Source: Candidatus Jorgensenbacteria bacterium
GTDB lineage: Bacteria > Patescibacteriota > Minisyncoccia > UBA6257 > GWB1-50-10
Direction: 5' to 3'
Length of the DNA stretch: 64,000 nucleotides
Assembly (NCBI GenBank): GCA_043807585.1
Contig: JAZDFV010000001.1
Coordinates: 46,590 to 110,589, forward strand
This document shows, one piece after another, positions 1 through 8,759 of the stretch. The first letter of the stretch is position 1, and each line of letters begins with the position of its first letter. The notes beneath the pieces were generated by a model, which saw only the letters and a list, made by a program, of their open reading frames with translations, ran no database searches and was not told where the DNA came from. The position numbers and the translations under genes were made by a program.

Positions 1-1283
1 AATGCACCTCTCACCCCCTTCATTACCGAATTAAGTAGATTTGCCGCTGGTCTAGGTGCGGTAGCGCCGAACGTTTGGGTCCTAGCCCCCGCCCCCGACA
101 ATCTTGCCCCAGCATTCCTGATGGGTGCCGTGAAGTAGCGGGCAATCCTTCCTCCACCAGCTCCTACCCCTTGGAGCCGGTTTCCAACACCTTGGAGACC
201 GCCGCTGATCTGGCGTCCCCACCGCGATCCCGCGGCCGCAGCACCCCCTCGCAGTGCTTGTTGCCCAGCATACGCGGCGAAACCCTTTTTGACGCCACCA
301 CCAACTTTATTAGCTATACTCATTGCTCCCTTCGCGCCGGTGATGCTCATGTTTTGGGCCACAATGAGGCCGCCGATGAGAAACCCAGAGAGGAGAATCA
401 CATTCACCCCATCTATGAAGATGGATTGGATGATGCTGTCAACGCCGCTGATTGTCGCGCTTCCCGCTCCCTTCCAGAGTTCGCCGAGTCCTTGGGCGGC
501 AATGAAGGAGAGATACACGAAGAACGAGGTCGCGGGCGCGAAGAAGGTCCACTGCAGGAACTTGTTCCACCATTTACTGAACTGCCCTTGGAGCGCGGGG
601 ATGACGAAGAAAAGCCACGTGATGGGAGCGATGACGAGTAGGAAGGAAAGAGAGAGAAATCGGATGATGAGCATAAAGGCAAGGACGAGGATGGTGAAGA
701 GCATAATCAGATTAAAAGCGGTCGCGAGCCACGGTCCCATGACGAGATTGATGGTGATTGAGGCTCCCGCGGCGAGGGCGCTGCCGGGATCTTTAGCGCC
801 CGCGAGGAACCGCTGGGGTCCGAACGCTCCTAGAAGAGTTGAGCCGATCTCCCCCGGGGATAATGAGATCTTTGTGAAAAAGAAATCAGTGATGACCTGC
901 GAGAAACCAATAATAGAGGCGCCGATCTGCAGACTGAAGTTCACGAGGATGGCTGCCATGATAAGGCGGGGAAGGAGCTTCTTCGCGCCGTAGCTTTCAA
1001 TGCGGAGAATGGTGGCGAATGCAATGACGATGATGACGATGACGAACCCGAGGTTCGCGATGTCCCGCACAATAGTCCACCCTACCGTGACAATGGCGTT
1101 CTGGTCCGAGACGATGAAGGTTTGTATGTAGTTCGCCGCTCCCGCGATGAGCCCACCCAGCGATAGGAGGAGCCCCGAGAGCGTCATGGCAATCCACCCA
1201 ATTACCCCCGCGACCATCAAGGTTGGTCCTAGCACGACAGCCGCTGCCGCCGCTCCTAAGAGTCCTGTGATAAAGTTCACCAT
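1..1283 (-). CDS. TrbL/VirB6-like polytopic membrane protein (CPR type), runs off window start
   Basis: ATG at 1283 and no stop seen toward position 1. Reads MVNFITGLLG...VGWTIVRDIANLGFVIVIIVIAFATILRIESYGAKKLLPRLIMAAILVNFSL, a motif typical of CPR VirB6-like proteins. Absent from the ORF track because it is incomplete. Confidence 0.7.
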   Translation of the reverse strand, partial: MVNFITGLLGAAAAAVVLGPTLMVAGVIGWIAMTLSGLLLSLGGLIAGAANYIQTFIVSDQNAIVTVGWTIVRDIANLGFVIVIIVIAFATILRIESYGAKKLLPRLIMAAILVNFSLQIGASIIGFSQVITDFFFTKISLSPGEIGSTLLGAFGPQRFLAGAKDPGSALAAGASITINLVMGPWLATAFNLIMLFTILVLAFMLIIRFLSLSFLLVIAPITWLFFVIPALQGQFSKWWNKFLQWTFFAPATSFFVYLSFIAAQGLGELWKGAGSATISGVDSIIQSIFIDGVNVILLSGFLIGGLIVAQNMSITGAKGAMSIANKVGGGVKKGFAAYAGQQALRGGAAAAGSRWGRQISGGLQGVGNRLQGVGAGGGRIARYFTAPIRNAGARLSGAGARTQTFGATAPRPAANLLNSVMKGVRGA

Positions 1284-1286
1284 AGT

Positions 1287-2855
1287 TTACGGGGGTATCG
1301 GGAGACCCTTCAGGAGTTCCTGGAGTCCCTTCACGCCCGACTTCACGAGCTTATTCACGATGGAATCCTCGATTGTCTGGAGGAACATCGAGACATCCTG
1401 GGTGGCGGCGAGGTTGTCGAGGTCCACCTGCGAGGCGCGCTCGGCGAGCCCCGCGGCGACGGTGGCCGGGCTCGTGATCTTCTCATTCTCACACTCCCAG
1501 AAGTAAGAGTAGTCATTTTTCCAGAAGCGGGTTCCTTTCCCCACTGGTCCTGTTTGAGGATCTTTATTGAAGCCGCCCACAACGTTCCCGTCGGAGTCCA
1601 CGGGACCTATCGCCCCGTCAGGTGTCTGGTCGTTGGCGTATACGAAATTGCCTATTTCCAGTTCTGAGATTCGGTAGTCGGTAAGCGTATGTCCTCGTTC
1701 CATACCCTCGGCGATGTACTTCGTCCACTGGGTGCACTGCTTCACTGGCACAAATCCGCGTGCCTGCTCAAGGCGCGCATTTTCGGCGGCGGTGGCTTGC
1801 TGCCGCGCCGCCTCATCAATGAGTGAGAGCGAAGCACCGTAGTAGTTGTTCTGCGGTTGGAGCATCTCATTGTAGGCGACCCACCCTCCCTGCCGGAAGT
1901 CCTGGTAAAAGTTCTCTACATTTGCGACCACCTTGTCCAGTGTGCAGGTGATCTGCTCATAGAAAGGATTGTCTTCGCGCCGCACTGATGGGATTTGGAG
2001 CTGTACGTTTAAGCGGAACGGTTCGCAGAGACGCGGGGCGACCCGCGAGATGAAGCGGTCAACCGCGAGGCGACCCGTGTCTTCCAAAAATTTTCCCGGC
2101 TGTTTTATGAACTGCGGCGCCTTGCCGCTCTGTATCCAATCCACGATCTGGGTGGAGAGCTGGTAGAGGAGCGCTTTCTTGATGGTCTCGTTCGTCGTCT
2201 TCAGGAGTTCGGCGCACTTCGCGCGCGTGTCGGCGTTTACCTCCGCAATCTTTTGCTCTTTAATTTGCTTGTTTAATTTTTCCTTAAGCTTCTTTAAAGT
2301 CACTTCCTGCCGCGCTATAGCTCTCTCGTCTATTGTTGGCACGGTGGTGAGTCCGGCGGCTACGTCCGCCGCGCTCCTTACCGCCTCTTCGGCAGCATCT
2401 CTCGCGTCTTCGAGGGCAGATTCTCTCCCAATAGTTTTTAACTCCTCGCTTAAAATGTTTTCTATATCAGCCATCTGCTTATCTACCTCGGTTTTCATCG
2501 TGTTTCCGATGAGCCCATTGAAGGTGTTGCTCACGAAGTTACCCGCTGCGTCATATGCGCTCTGTTTAAGCGCGTTTATATCCAAGCCGATTTTTCCTAA
2601 TATCTCGTTCTGGACATAACCCACCATTTTATCGAGAACGGCGGTTTGGATTTTTGCTCTAAAATCTATATTTAGGGCAGCGAGGCGCCCGAAGCGGGTT
2701 GCGATTTCGGCTGCCTTAGCACAGAGCTCCATGCCGGGGGCTACCTTATTAGTTGACTGCGCGAGCGCCGTCGGGGGAAACGGAAACACGCCCCCCACCA
2801 TTAACGCGATGATGAGTAGTACCACGACAAAACCTTCCCTAAATGAGTTTCTCAT
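1287..2855 (-). CDS. Secreted or membrane-anchored coiled-coil protein, CPR-conserved hypothetical
   Basis: Signal peptide, coiled-coil middle, motifs IVDWIQSG..PQF, LCEPFR, CTL, F..GGW, QPQNN.YG and C.I.SP; adjacent to the VirB6-like gene. Confidence 0.75.
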   Translation of the reverse strand: MRNSFREGFVVVLLIIALMVGGVFPFPPTALAQSTNKVAPGMELCAKAAEIATRFGRLAALNIDFRAKIQTAVLDKMVGYVQNEILGKIGLDINALKQSAYDAAGNFVSNTFNGLIGNTMKTEVDKQMADIENILSEELKTIGRESALEDARDAAEEAVRSAADVAAGLTTVPTIDERAIARQEVTLKKLKEKLNKQIKEQKIAEVNADTRAKCAELLKTTNETIKKALLYQLSTQIVDWIQSGKAPQFIKQPGKFLEDTGRLAVDRFISRVAPRLCEPFRLNVQLQIPSVRREDNPFYEQITCTLDKVVANVENFYQDFRQGGWVAYNEMLQPQNNYYGASLSLIDEAARQQATAAENARLEQARGFVPVKQCTQWTKYIAEGMERGHTLTDYRISELEIGNFVYANDQTPDGAIGPVDSDGNVVGGFNKDPQTGPVGKGTRFWKNDYSYFWECENEKITSPATVAAGLAERASQVDLDNLAATQDVSMFLQTIEDSIVNKLVKSGVKGLQELLKGLPIPP

Positions 2856-3618
2856 CGGTGATTTTTTTGTTTATCGCGGTCTGTATCTCTTGGAATTCGC
2901 GGTCGGCCTCCGCGGGAAGGAGGCGCGTCGCGGCGATGAGGTAGCGGAGCGGGTCCACATCAGCCGCGCCGAGCGAGCGGTAGATGTTCCGCTGTCGCAG
3001 GAAGAACGCGACGAGGTCGCGGTGCACGGTGAGCCACGAGGACGGCACATTCACCGCCTTCAAGAGCTCCGCGGTGTGGTCCAACGCGGCGGCGGTGTCA
3101 CCAAAGAACGCGGTGAGCGATGGCGATGAGGCGAGGTCTGGGAATTTATCACTTTGCGCCTCAAGGATCCGGTCTATGAAGAGCAGATACGCAAGTTGGG
3201 TGTCTTTGGAATCCGAGGCGTTCACATTGAGATCGGACTCCTTGATTGCTTCCGTGGCGAGTTCAGTGTCAATTATTTTTGAGACGATGGCGGCGACGTC
3301 CGCCTTCTCCGGGAGGAGCTTGGGGGTTTGGGCTGTTTCGCCGCCCGCCTTGAGCGTTTCGTTTTGCGCGATGAGCCGCTCGAGCGCCTGGTCGGTGAAC
3401 TCATTGGTGAGATTGGGCAGTGCCCGCACAAAATTAAGGTTTTGGGAGAGCGCGCCGGCGGCAGGCGCCCCAAAGCCGGGCGTGCCGCCCATGTTTTTCC
3501 CCGGAGCCGTTGCGAGTACAAGATAGACGCTCGCGGCGAGAGAGATGCCGAGGATGGCAACGGAGAAGAGTGCGCGACGACCGCGCGTCGAACTCGGAAA
3601 AGGTATATGCACGCGCAT
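2839..3618 (-). CDS. Membrane-anchored hypothetical protein
   Basis: N-terminal TM helix, helical body, VP.SW..VH and DPLR motifs; overlaps the next gene. Confidence 0.7.
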   Translation of the reverse strand: MRVHIPFPSSTRGRRALFSVAILGISLAASVYLVLATAPGKNMGGTPGFGAPAAGALSQNLNFVRALPNLTNEFTDQALERLIAQNETLKAGGETAQTPKLLPEKADVAAIVSKIIDTELATEAIKESDLNVNASDSKDTQLAYLLFIDRILEAQSDKFPDLASSPSLTAFFGDTAAALDHTAELLKAVNVPSSWLTVHRDLVAFFLRQRNIYRSLGAADVDPLRYLIAATRLLPAEADREFQEIQTAINKKITDEKLI

Positions 3619-3691
3619 TTCCTCCCTATTATATACCATCAACACAAAAGTGTCTCTCGAAAGAAGCGTTTTTGCGTGGTGAATTATCTTG

Positions 3692-4354
3692 TCATGGGCA
3701 GAGCTTTTTCAGAAGGTCCCCTACCAGCGGAATACTACCTATGACCGCGTTGCAGACCATTGAAGCGCCTTTGAAAATTACGCCTTCTATGGGTACGCCG
3801 ATTGGAGAACCAGAGCCAATCTGGTAAATGAGATTATCTACAGGGCAACCACTGGCCGATGCGAGTTGGCAGATTTCATCGAGTAATTCTTCCGAGATTG
3901 GGATAGATTTGCAGAGGTTTTTTGCGAATCCGGTGCCGACTTTCTCTCCCACTTCCTCTACCTTTTTACAGATACCGCAGAGGTCAATTGAGTTGCCGAG
4001 GACGTTGGTCCCGGGAACAAAGTACGCGAAGTTTCTCTTTACCGCGTTGATGTTTGGTATTGGCACCAACTCCACCCGGAGGAGGCCAAGCGTGGCTGAT
4101 GTCGGATCGCCCACGTCAATTTGTTCTATGGTCACGAGTGTCGTGAAAAAGGTAGCGACCAGTATGGGAAGTGTAATCTCACTTATGCAGGCGGCGGGTG
4201 CTGGGACATAGCTTTTAACCTTACCCCCGAAGGGAGTGAAGATTTGGAGCGCGCGTGTCTCACTTGGAGCACCCATCGCGATAATTCCTGCCACGAGCGC
4301 GAACGCCGTGATGTATGTCGCGAGGCGGACGTGTTTTGGGTGGTGCGGCTCCAT
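3692..4354 (-). CDS. Cys-rich exported hypothetical protein
   Basis: Signal peptide, PFGG motif, several Cys; TATACT just upstream of the ATG at 4354. Confidence 0.65.
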   Translation of the reverse strand: MEPHHPKHVRLATYITAFALVAGIIAMGAPSETRALQIFTPFGGKVKSYVPAPAACISEITLPILVATFFTTLVTIEQIDVGDPTSATLGLLRVELVPIPNINAVKRNFAYFVPGTNVLGNSIDLCGICKKVEEVGEKVGTGFAKNLCKSIPISEELLDEICQLASASGCPVDNLIYQIGSGSPIGVPIEGVIFKGASMVCNAVIGSIPLVGDLLKKLCP

Positions 4355-4359
4355 ACCAC

Positions 4360-5358
4360 TCAAGTATAGCGCAACGACGCGATAGAGAGGATATCCTCCA
4401 CCGAGAGGTCTTGCGGGCGCCCCTCCGGCTTCATTCCCGCACCGCGCAGTTTCTCCGCGACCTCATGTCGTGCAACGCGCGGGTCTCCCGCGGTAAGGTT
4501 GTTGAGGATGGTCTTCCGCGGCTGTTTGAAAAGTGCATGGACGAGAGTGTAATACGCCGCAGGGTCGTATGCGGGCACTTTGGTGTCCAAGGCGAGGATG
4601 GCGGAGTCCACCTTCGGCGGTGGGCTAAATTCTTTTCTTGGAATGTAGCCGACGATGGTCGGCGCAGCCCAAAGTTGGATGCTCGCCGCCAATAAATTCA
4701 TTTTTGGCGGTTTCGCGATTATCCGTTCCGCGACCTCTTGCTGGACGGTGAGAACTACCCGAGTAATCAATGATTGATGATTGGTAATTAAATCACCAAT
4801 GACGCGCAAAAGCCGCCCGGTGAGATAGAAGGGAATATTTCCGACTATTTTATAGTTGGGATTTCTAATTTCCCCGCCTGTGGCGACCTGCGCTTCGTCG
4901 AAGGCTTCTCGCCTCGTCTCCGACGACGAGTCGGAGCGGGCGGCAAGGTGAGGGCTTCGGCGGGCGGGTAATTTCAAATTTCTAATCAATTTTGGAAGAA
5001 TTTTCAGAACATCACCTTCAATGATTTCAATTTTGGAATTTTGTGGTTTGGAATTTGTTTGGGAATTGTCCCGACCTTGTCGAGGACTCGCGACGAAGTC
5101 GGAGGAAATCGTCTCCATACGGGAGATCCCGCGAAGCGGGAGAAATTGGAAATTTTTTCTGAGTGAGGCAACCAACAAAGAATCTCGTTCTATGAGAATA
5201 AAGCGCGCTCCTGGCGTTTTTATCAACTCCTTGGTGAGCTCCCCATGCCCTGGGCCTATTTCCACCACCGTGTCGCTGGGTTCAAGTTCGAGCGCCCCCG
5301 CGATGCGGCGGAGATATATTCGAGATTCAAGAAAATGTTGCCCTAATCGTTTTCCCAT
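4360..5358 (-). CDS. rsmA: 16S rRNA dimethyltransferase RsmA/KsgA with two long in-frame insertions
   Basis: LGQHFL, VEIGPGHGELT, IEGDVL, KIVGNIPFY, QQEVAERI and FSPPPKVDSA motifs. Confidence 0.95.
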   Translation of the reverse strand: MGKRLGQHFLESRIYLRRIAGALELEPSDTVVEIGPGHGELTKELIKTPGARFILIERDSLLVASLRKNFQFLPLRGISRMETISSDFVASPRQGRDNSQTNSKPQNSKIEIIEGDVLKILPKLIRNLKLPARRSPHLAARSDSSSETRREAFDEAQVATGGEIRNPNYKIVGNIPFYLTGRLLRVIGDLITNHQSLITRVVLTVQQEVAERIIAKPPKMNLLAASIQLWAAPTIVGYIPRKEFSPPPKVDSAILALDTKVPAYDPAAYYTLVHALFKQPRKTILNNLTAGDPRVARHEVAEKLRGAGMKPEGRPQDLSVEDILSIASLRYT

Positions 5359-5362
5359 AAAT

Positions 5363-5387
5363 ATTAACGACATCGTAAGTCGTTAAT
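5363..5387. repeat. Palindrome ATTAACGAC-ATCGTAA-GTCGTTAAT, copy 1
   Basis: 9-bp arms with a 7-bp spacer; identical copy at 13100. Confidence 0.85.
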
Positions 5388-5483
5388 TTTGTTTTTTTAC
5401 AGCATACATATACTATTAAGACCATTAGTACTATAAGCCATAATAGCCCGCATCCCAAGCGGGTTTTCATAATAGTTGCCGTC

Positions 5484-6446
5484 GTGCTCTTTTTTCTGAT
5501 GGAAGGAACAGCGCACGCGTTTTTTTGGCGTACGCTATTCGGCTGGACGGGACTTGCAGCCATTCCGGCCGATGGAGCGGCGCCGTCGCAGTTTATAGAC
5601 ACCCATGACGGGACGATAACCCCCTTCTCCGTTCCCCTCGCGGGTGACGGCGCTCGTGAGATGTTCCTCGGTGCTGCCGAAGGAACCATCGTGGGGTTCT
5701 CCAACCCTTCAAGTATCGTGATTCAGGTGCGGGGAGGCCTGAAGCGCTACAAGGTGCAGAAGGGAGATACCCTCTCCAGGATTGCGGCACGTTTCGGCAT
5801 TTCCCTCGAGACCCTCCGCCAGGCGAATCCCGATGTGCTTCCCCCGCTTCGCGTGGGCACCGAGCTCCTCGTCCTACCCGTCTCGGGCATGCTCTACAAA
5901 GTTTCCGCCGGCGACTCGCTTGAAATGGTTGCCGCCCGCTACGGAGTAGACCCCGGTGCGGTGCGGCAGTACAACGCAGATCTTCAGAAAATTTTTACCG
6001 AAGGCCGCGGGACTCTCGTGCTCCCCAACGCACGAGCACCCCGCGCGGTGTCCGCGCCTCCCCGCGATGAGCTCCCCGACCTCAAGGGGTATTTCCTCCT
6101 CCCTGCCATGGGTTGGAATTGGGGAGAGCTCCATGGACAAAACGCGATAGATATCGGCGGGAAGTGCGATACGCTGGTGCGCGCCTCCGCCGACGGGTTG
6201 GTGATGGAGGCGGTCTCCGGTGGTGCGTGGAACGGAGGGTACGGAAACTTGGTAACTGTTGAGCACACGAACGGCACGCAAACGCGCTACGCGCACCTCG
6301 GGAAGGTACTCGTGCGGGTAGGTATCTTTGTGGCGCGCGGTGCGGAGATCGGGACCATGGGGGAAACTGGTGCCTCCCACGGCCCCACCGGGTGCTCGCT
6401 CCACTTTGAGGTGAAAGGGGCCAAGAACCCGTTCGCCGTCAGGTGA
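5484..6446 (+). CDS. LysM (x2) plus M23 peptidase family protein
   Basis: YKVQKGDTLSRIAARFG LysM repeats; H...AID, GYGN, YAHL and HFEV M23 motifs; start uncertain. Confidence 0.9.
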   Translation: MLFFLMEGTAHAFFWRTLFGWTGLAAIPADGAAPSQFIDTHDGTITPFSVPLAGDGAREMFLGAAEGTIVGFSNPSSIVIQVRGGLKRYKVQKGDTLSRIAARFGISLETLRQANPDVLPPLRVGTELLVLPVSGMLYKVSAGDSLEMVAARYGVDPGAVRQYNADLQKIFTEGRGTLVLPNARAPRAVSAPPRDELPDLKGYFLLPAMGWNWGELHGQNAIDIGGKCDTLVRASADGLVMEAVSGGAWNGGYGNLVTVEHTNGTQTRYAHLGKVLVRVGIFVARGAEIGTMGETGASHGPTGCSLHFEVKGAKNPFAVR

Positions 6447-6447
6447 A

Positions 6448-6537
6448 CGCGATGCGAATATACTAATGCATACTAATTATACGAATAAAGGAATCCCCCA
6501 TTAGTAGCATTCGTATGAATTCGTATATTCGCATCGC
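6448..6537. repeat. Inverted repeat built from TACGAA/TACTAA-like units
   Basis: GCGATGCGAATATAC...GTATATTCGCATCGC between convergent genes. Confidence 0.75.
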
Positions 6538-6539
6538 GC

Positions 6540-8081
6540 CTACTCGTTATTCCTGATTCGATATTGAAACGCCTCGGCGAGGTGGTGTTCCTTAACGCTG
6601 AATGAACCGTCAATGTCGGCCACTGTGCGCGCCACCTTGAGGGTTCTGTAGTAGCCGCGCGGGGAGAGGAATGCCCGCTCCAGTGCGCGTTTCAGGAACG
6701 ATTCCGCGGACTGCTCGAGGGATACCAGCGCTTCAATTTCACTCGAGGTCATTTCGCTGTTGGTGATCGCGTGGATGCCCGCGGTTTTGAATCGCTCGCG
6801 CTGCCGTTCGCGCGCCTGAGTTACCCTCCCTCGCGCCCGCTCGGTTTCTGCCGCGTCTCCTGCGCGCTCCTCCCTGAGTTCGGTCACGGAGATCCGCGGC
6901 ACGGTGAGGTGCATGTCAATGCGGTCGAGGAGCGGTCCGGAGATCTTCCGCTGGTAGCGGAAGATCTCGTGGGCGCTGCAGCGGCATTCGTGTTCCTGAT
7001 CCTCAAAGTAGCCGCAGGGGCAAGGGTTCATGGAGGCGATGAGCGTGAACCGCGCTGGGAGCGTGAGTGTGCGCTTCGCGCGGGCGATGTGGATAGCTCC
7101 TTCCTCGAGCGGTTGCCGGAGTCCTTCCAAAACGTCGCGGTGGAACTCCGGGATCTCGTCCAGGAAGAGCACCCCGCGGTGTGCCAAACTCACCTCGCCT
7201 GGTCGCGGGTGAGTTCCGCCTCCCAGGATGGAGACGAGGGAAGCGCTGTGGTGGGGAGTCCGAAATGGGCGGAACGGAATGAATGGTTGATTTTCGTTCA
7301 GCCCGGCCGCGCTGTAGATGCGGGTGATCTCAATACTTTCCTCGGTGGTTGGCGGTGGGAGTATGCTTGCGAGTGCCTGGGCAAGCATGGTTTTCCCGGT
7401 GCCCGGGGGACCGGACATGAGAAGGTGGTGACCGCCAGCAGCCGCCACGAGAAGTGCGCGCTTGCCCGCCTCGTTCCCTCGGATCTCGTGTAGCTGTACG
7501 GACTCGGATTGATAGCTGGGCGCGATGGTCGTCGGAGGTGCGGGAGGAATGGGCACTCGTACCTCCAGGTGAGCGATAAGTTCGCCCAAAGTTCCCACAG
7601 GGATCACCGAGATGCCAGAAACAGCGGCGGCCTCCTCGGCGTTTGCCAGTGGCACAAAAAGTTCTTGGATGCCCAGGGTGCGGGCGAGGATAGCGATATT
7701 CAAACATCCGTTCACCGGCCGGAGCGTCCCGTCCAGTGAAAGCTCTCCAACGAATAGTTTGCCGGCGGTGGGAAATGGCGCGAGTTGTTCGCTCGCGAGT
7801 AGGTAGGCAAGGGCGATAGGAAGATCAAAGCGTGACCCCGCCTTTTCCATGTCCGCGGGAGCGAGGTTCACGGTGATTCGGCGGTTCTCTTTGGTGGGCG
7901 GGCGAATTCCGGCGTGTTTCAATGCGGAATTCACCCTTTCTTTTGATTCCCCCACCGCTTTGTCGGCGAGCCCCACGATATTGAACGCGTGGAGGCCGAC
8001 GTTCAGGTCGGCCTCTATTTCCACCAAGTGCGCGTCAATGCCGTCGAGTTCTGCGGAGAGAAGTTTGGGGACAGGAGCCAT
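6540..8081 (-). CDS. comM: YifB/ComM Mg-chelatase-like AAA+ ATPase
   Basis: [51 protein letters not shown]. Confidence 0.95.
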   Translation of the reverse strand: MAPVPKLLSAELDGIDAHLVEIEADLNVGLHAFNIVGLADKAVGESKERVNSALKHAGIRPPTKENRRITVNLAPADMEKAGSRFDLPIALAYLLASEQLAPFPTAGKLFVGELSLDGTLRPVNGCLNIAILARTLGIQELFVPLANAEEAAAVSGISVIPVGTLGELIAHLEVRVPIPPAPPTTIAPSYQSESVQLHEIRGNEAGKRALLVAAAGGHHLLMSGPPGTGKTMLAQALASILPPPTTEESIEITRIYSAAGLNENQPFIPFRPFRTPHHSASLVSILGGGTHPRPGEVSLAHRGVLFLDEIPEFHRDVLEGLRQPLEEGAIHIARAKRTLTLPARFTLIASMNPCPCGYFEDQEHECRCSAHEIFRYQRKISGPLLDRIDMHLTVPRISVTELREERAGDAAETERARGRVTQARERQRERFKTAGIHAITNSEMTSSEIEALVSLEQSAESFLKRALERAFLSPRGYYRTLKVARTVADIDGSFSVKEHHLAEAFQYRIRNNE

Positions 8082-8094
8082 CGGGGCGCACCGC

Positions 8095-8439
8095 CTACCG
8101 TTTTCTTCCCTTGCTCTTTTTGCAACTTATGCAGAGTGCAGATTCCGGATCCACGTCGAGGAGCACCGGCTCTATTTCTTTACTGCACCGTTCACAGCGG
8201 CCGTAGTTCCCCACCCCGATTTTCGCGAGGGCGCTCCGAATGCGGTCCAGCTGGTGCCCGAGTACCCTCTTCAGGCCCAGCCAAGTGCCGAATTCTTCCG
8301 TCTCATCCGCTTCCTCTTCGAGGTGATCGGTGTCGTCGCCGAAATCCAGCCCCTCCTTGAAGCGTGCGAGCTGTCCTTCAATCTTTTTCTCCTGCGAGCG
8401 CAGTTTCTCTTCCAAATCCTTGCGGCGCTTTTCTTCCAT
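8095..8439 (-). CDS. TraR/DksA C4 zinc-finger protein
   Basis: Coiled coil, D..DE acidic tip, AL.KI..G.YG.CERC...P...LCISC; true start is the ATG at 8439 (MEEKRR). Confidence 0.85.
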   Translation of the reverse strand: MEEKRRKDLEEKLRSQEKKIEGQLARFKEGLDFGDDTDHLEEEADETEEFGTWLGLKRVLGHQLDRIRSALAKIGVGNYGRCERCSKEIEPVLLDVDPESALCISCKKSKGRKR

Positions 8440-8609
8440 CCCGTTAGAGGCAGTCCCGTTAGAAATCCGCCCTGCGAGAGCAGTGGCGGCAGCCACCGTG
8501 GGGCGGCTTATTTCTAACGGGACGTGATGCCTCGTCTAGTTTGACTCCTGCGACCTTGCCCGATTGTTGAATAAACATATGGTTCTGGATTTAGTTGCCT
8601 CTAACGGGA
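8439..8609. mobile_element. TCCCGTTAGA-family miniature inverted-repeat element with a nested copy (8454-8522)
   Basis: TIR TCCCGTTAGAGGCA/TGCCTCTAACGGGA; 4-bp flanking duplication TCCA; inner TCCCGTTAGAAAT/ATTTCTAACGGGA. Confidence 0.75.
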
Positions 8610-8650
8610 TCCATACGGGAAACAATAGCCCCCGAGGGGGATGTGGTCAA

Positions 8651-8756
8651 TCCCTCACCCTTCTTTGTATTGCCGAGAGAAACGCCTTCGGTAGCACTAG
8701 CATTATGAACCTCTCCCCGTGGTGTCTCGGGGAGGTAGCAGCGGAAGGGTGAGGGA
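8651..8756. other. Structured intergenic element (13-bp closing stem with internal hairpins)
   Basis: TCCCTCACCCTTC...GAAGGGTGAGGGA enclosing CTCCCCG/CGGGGAG. Confidence 0.5.
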
Positions 8757-8759
8757 GGG

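Noticed and set aside
8735-8750. SRP RNA suggested by AGCAGC
   Set aside because: The CAGG..GNRA..AGCAG helix-8 arrangement is absent.
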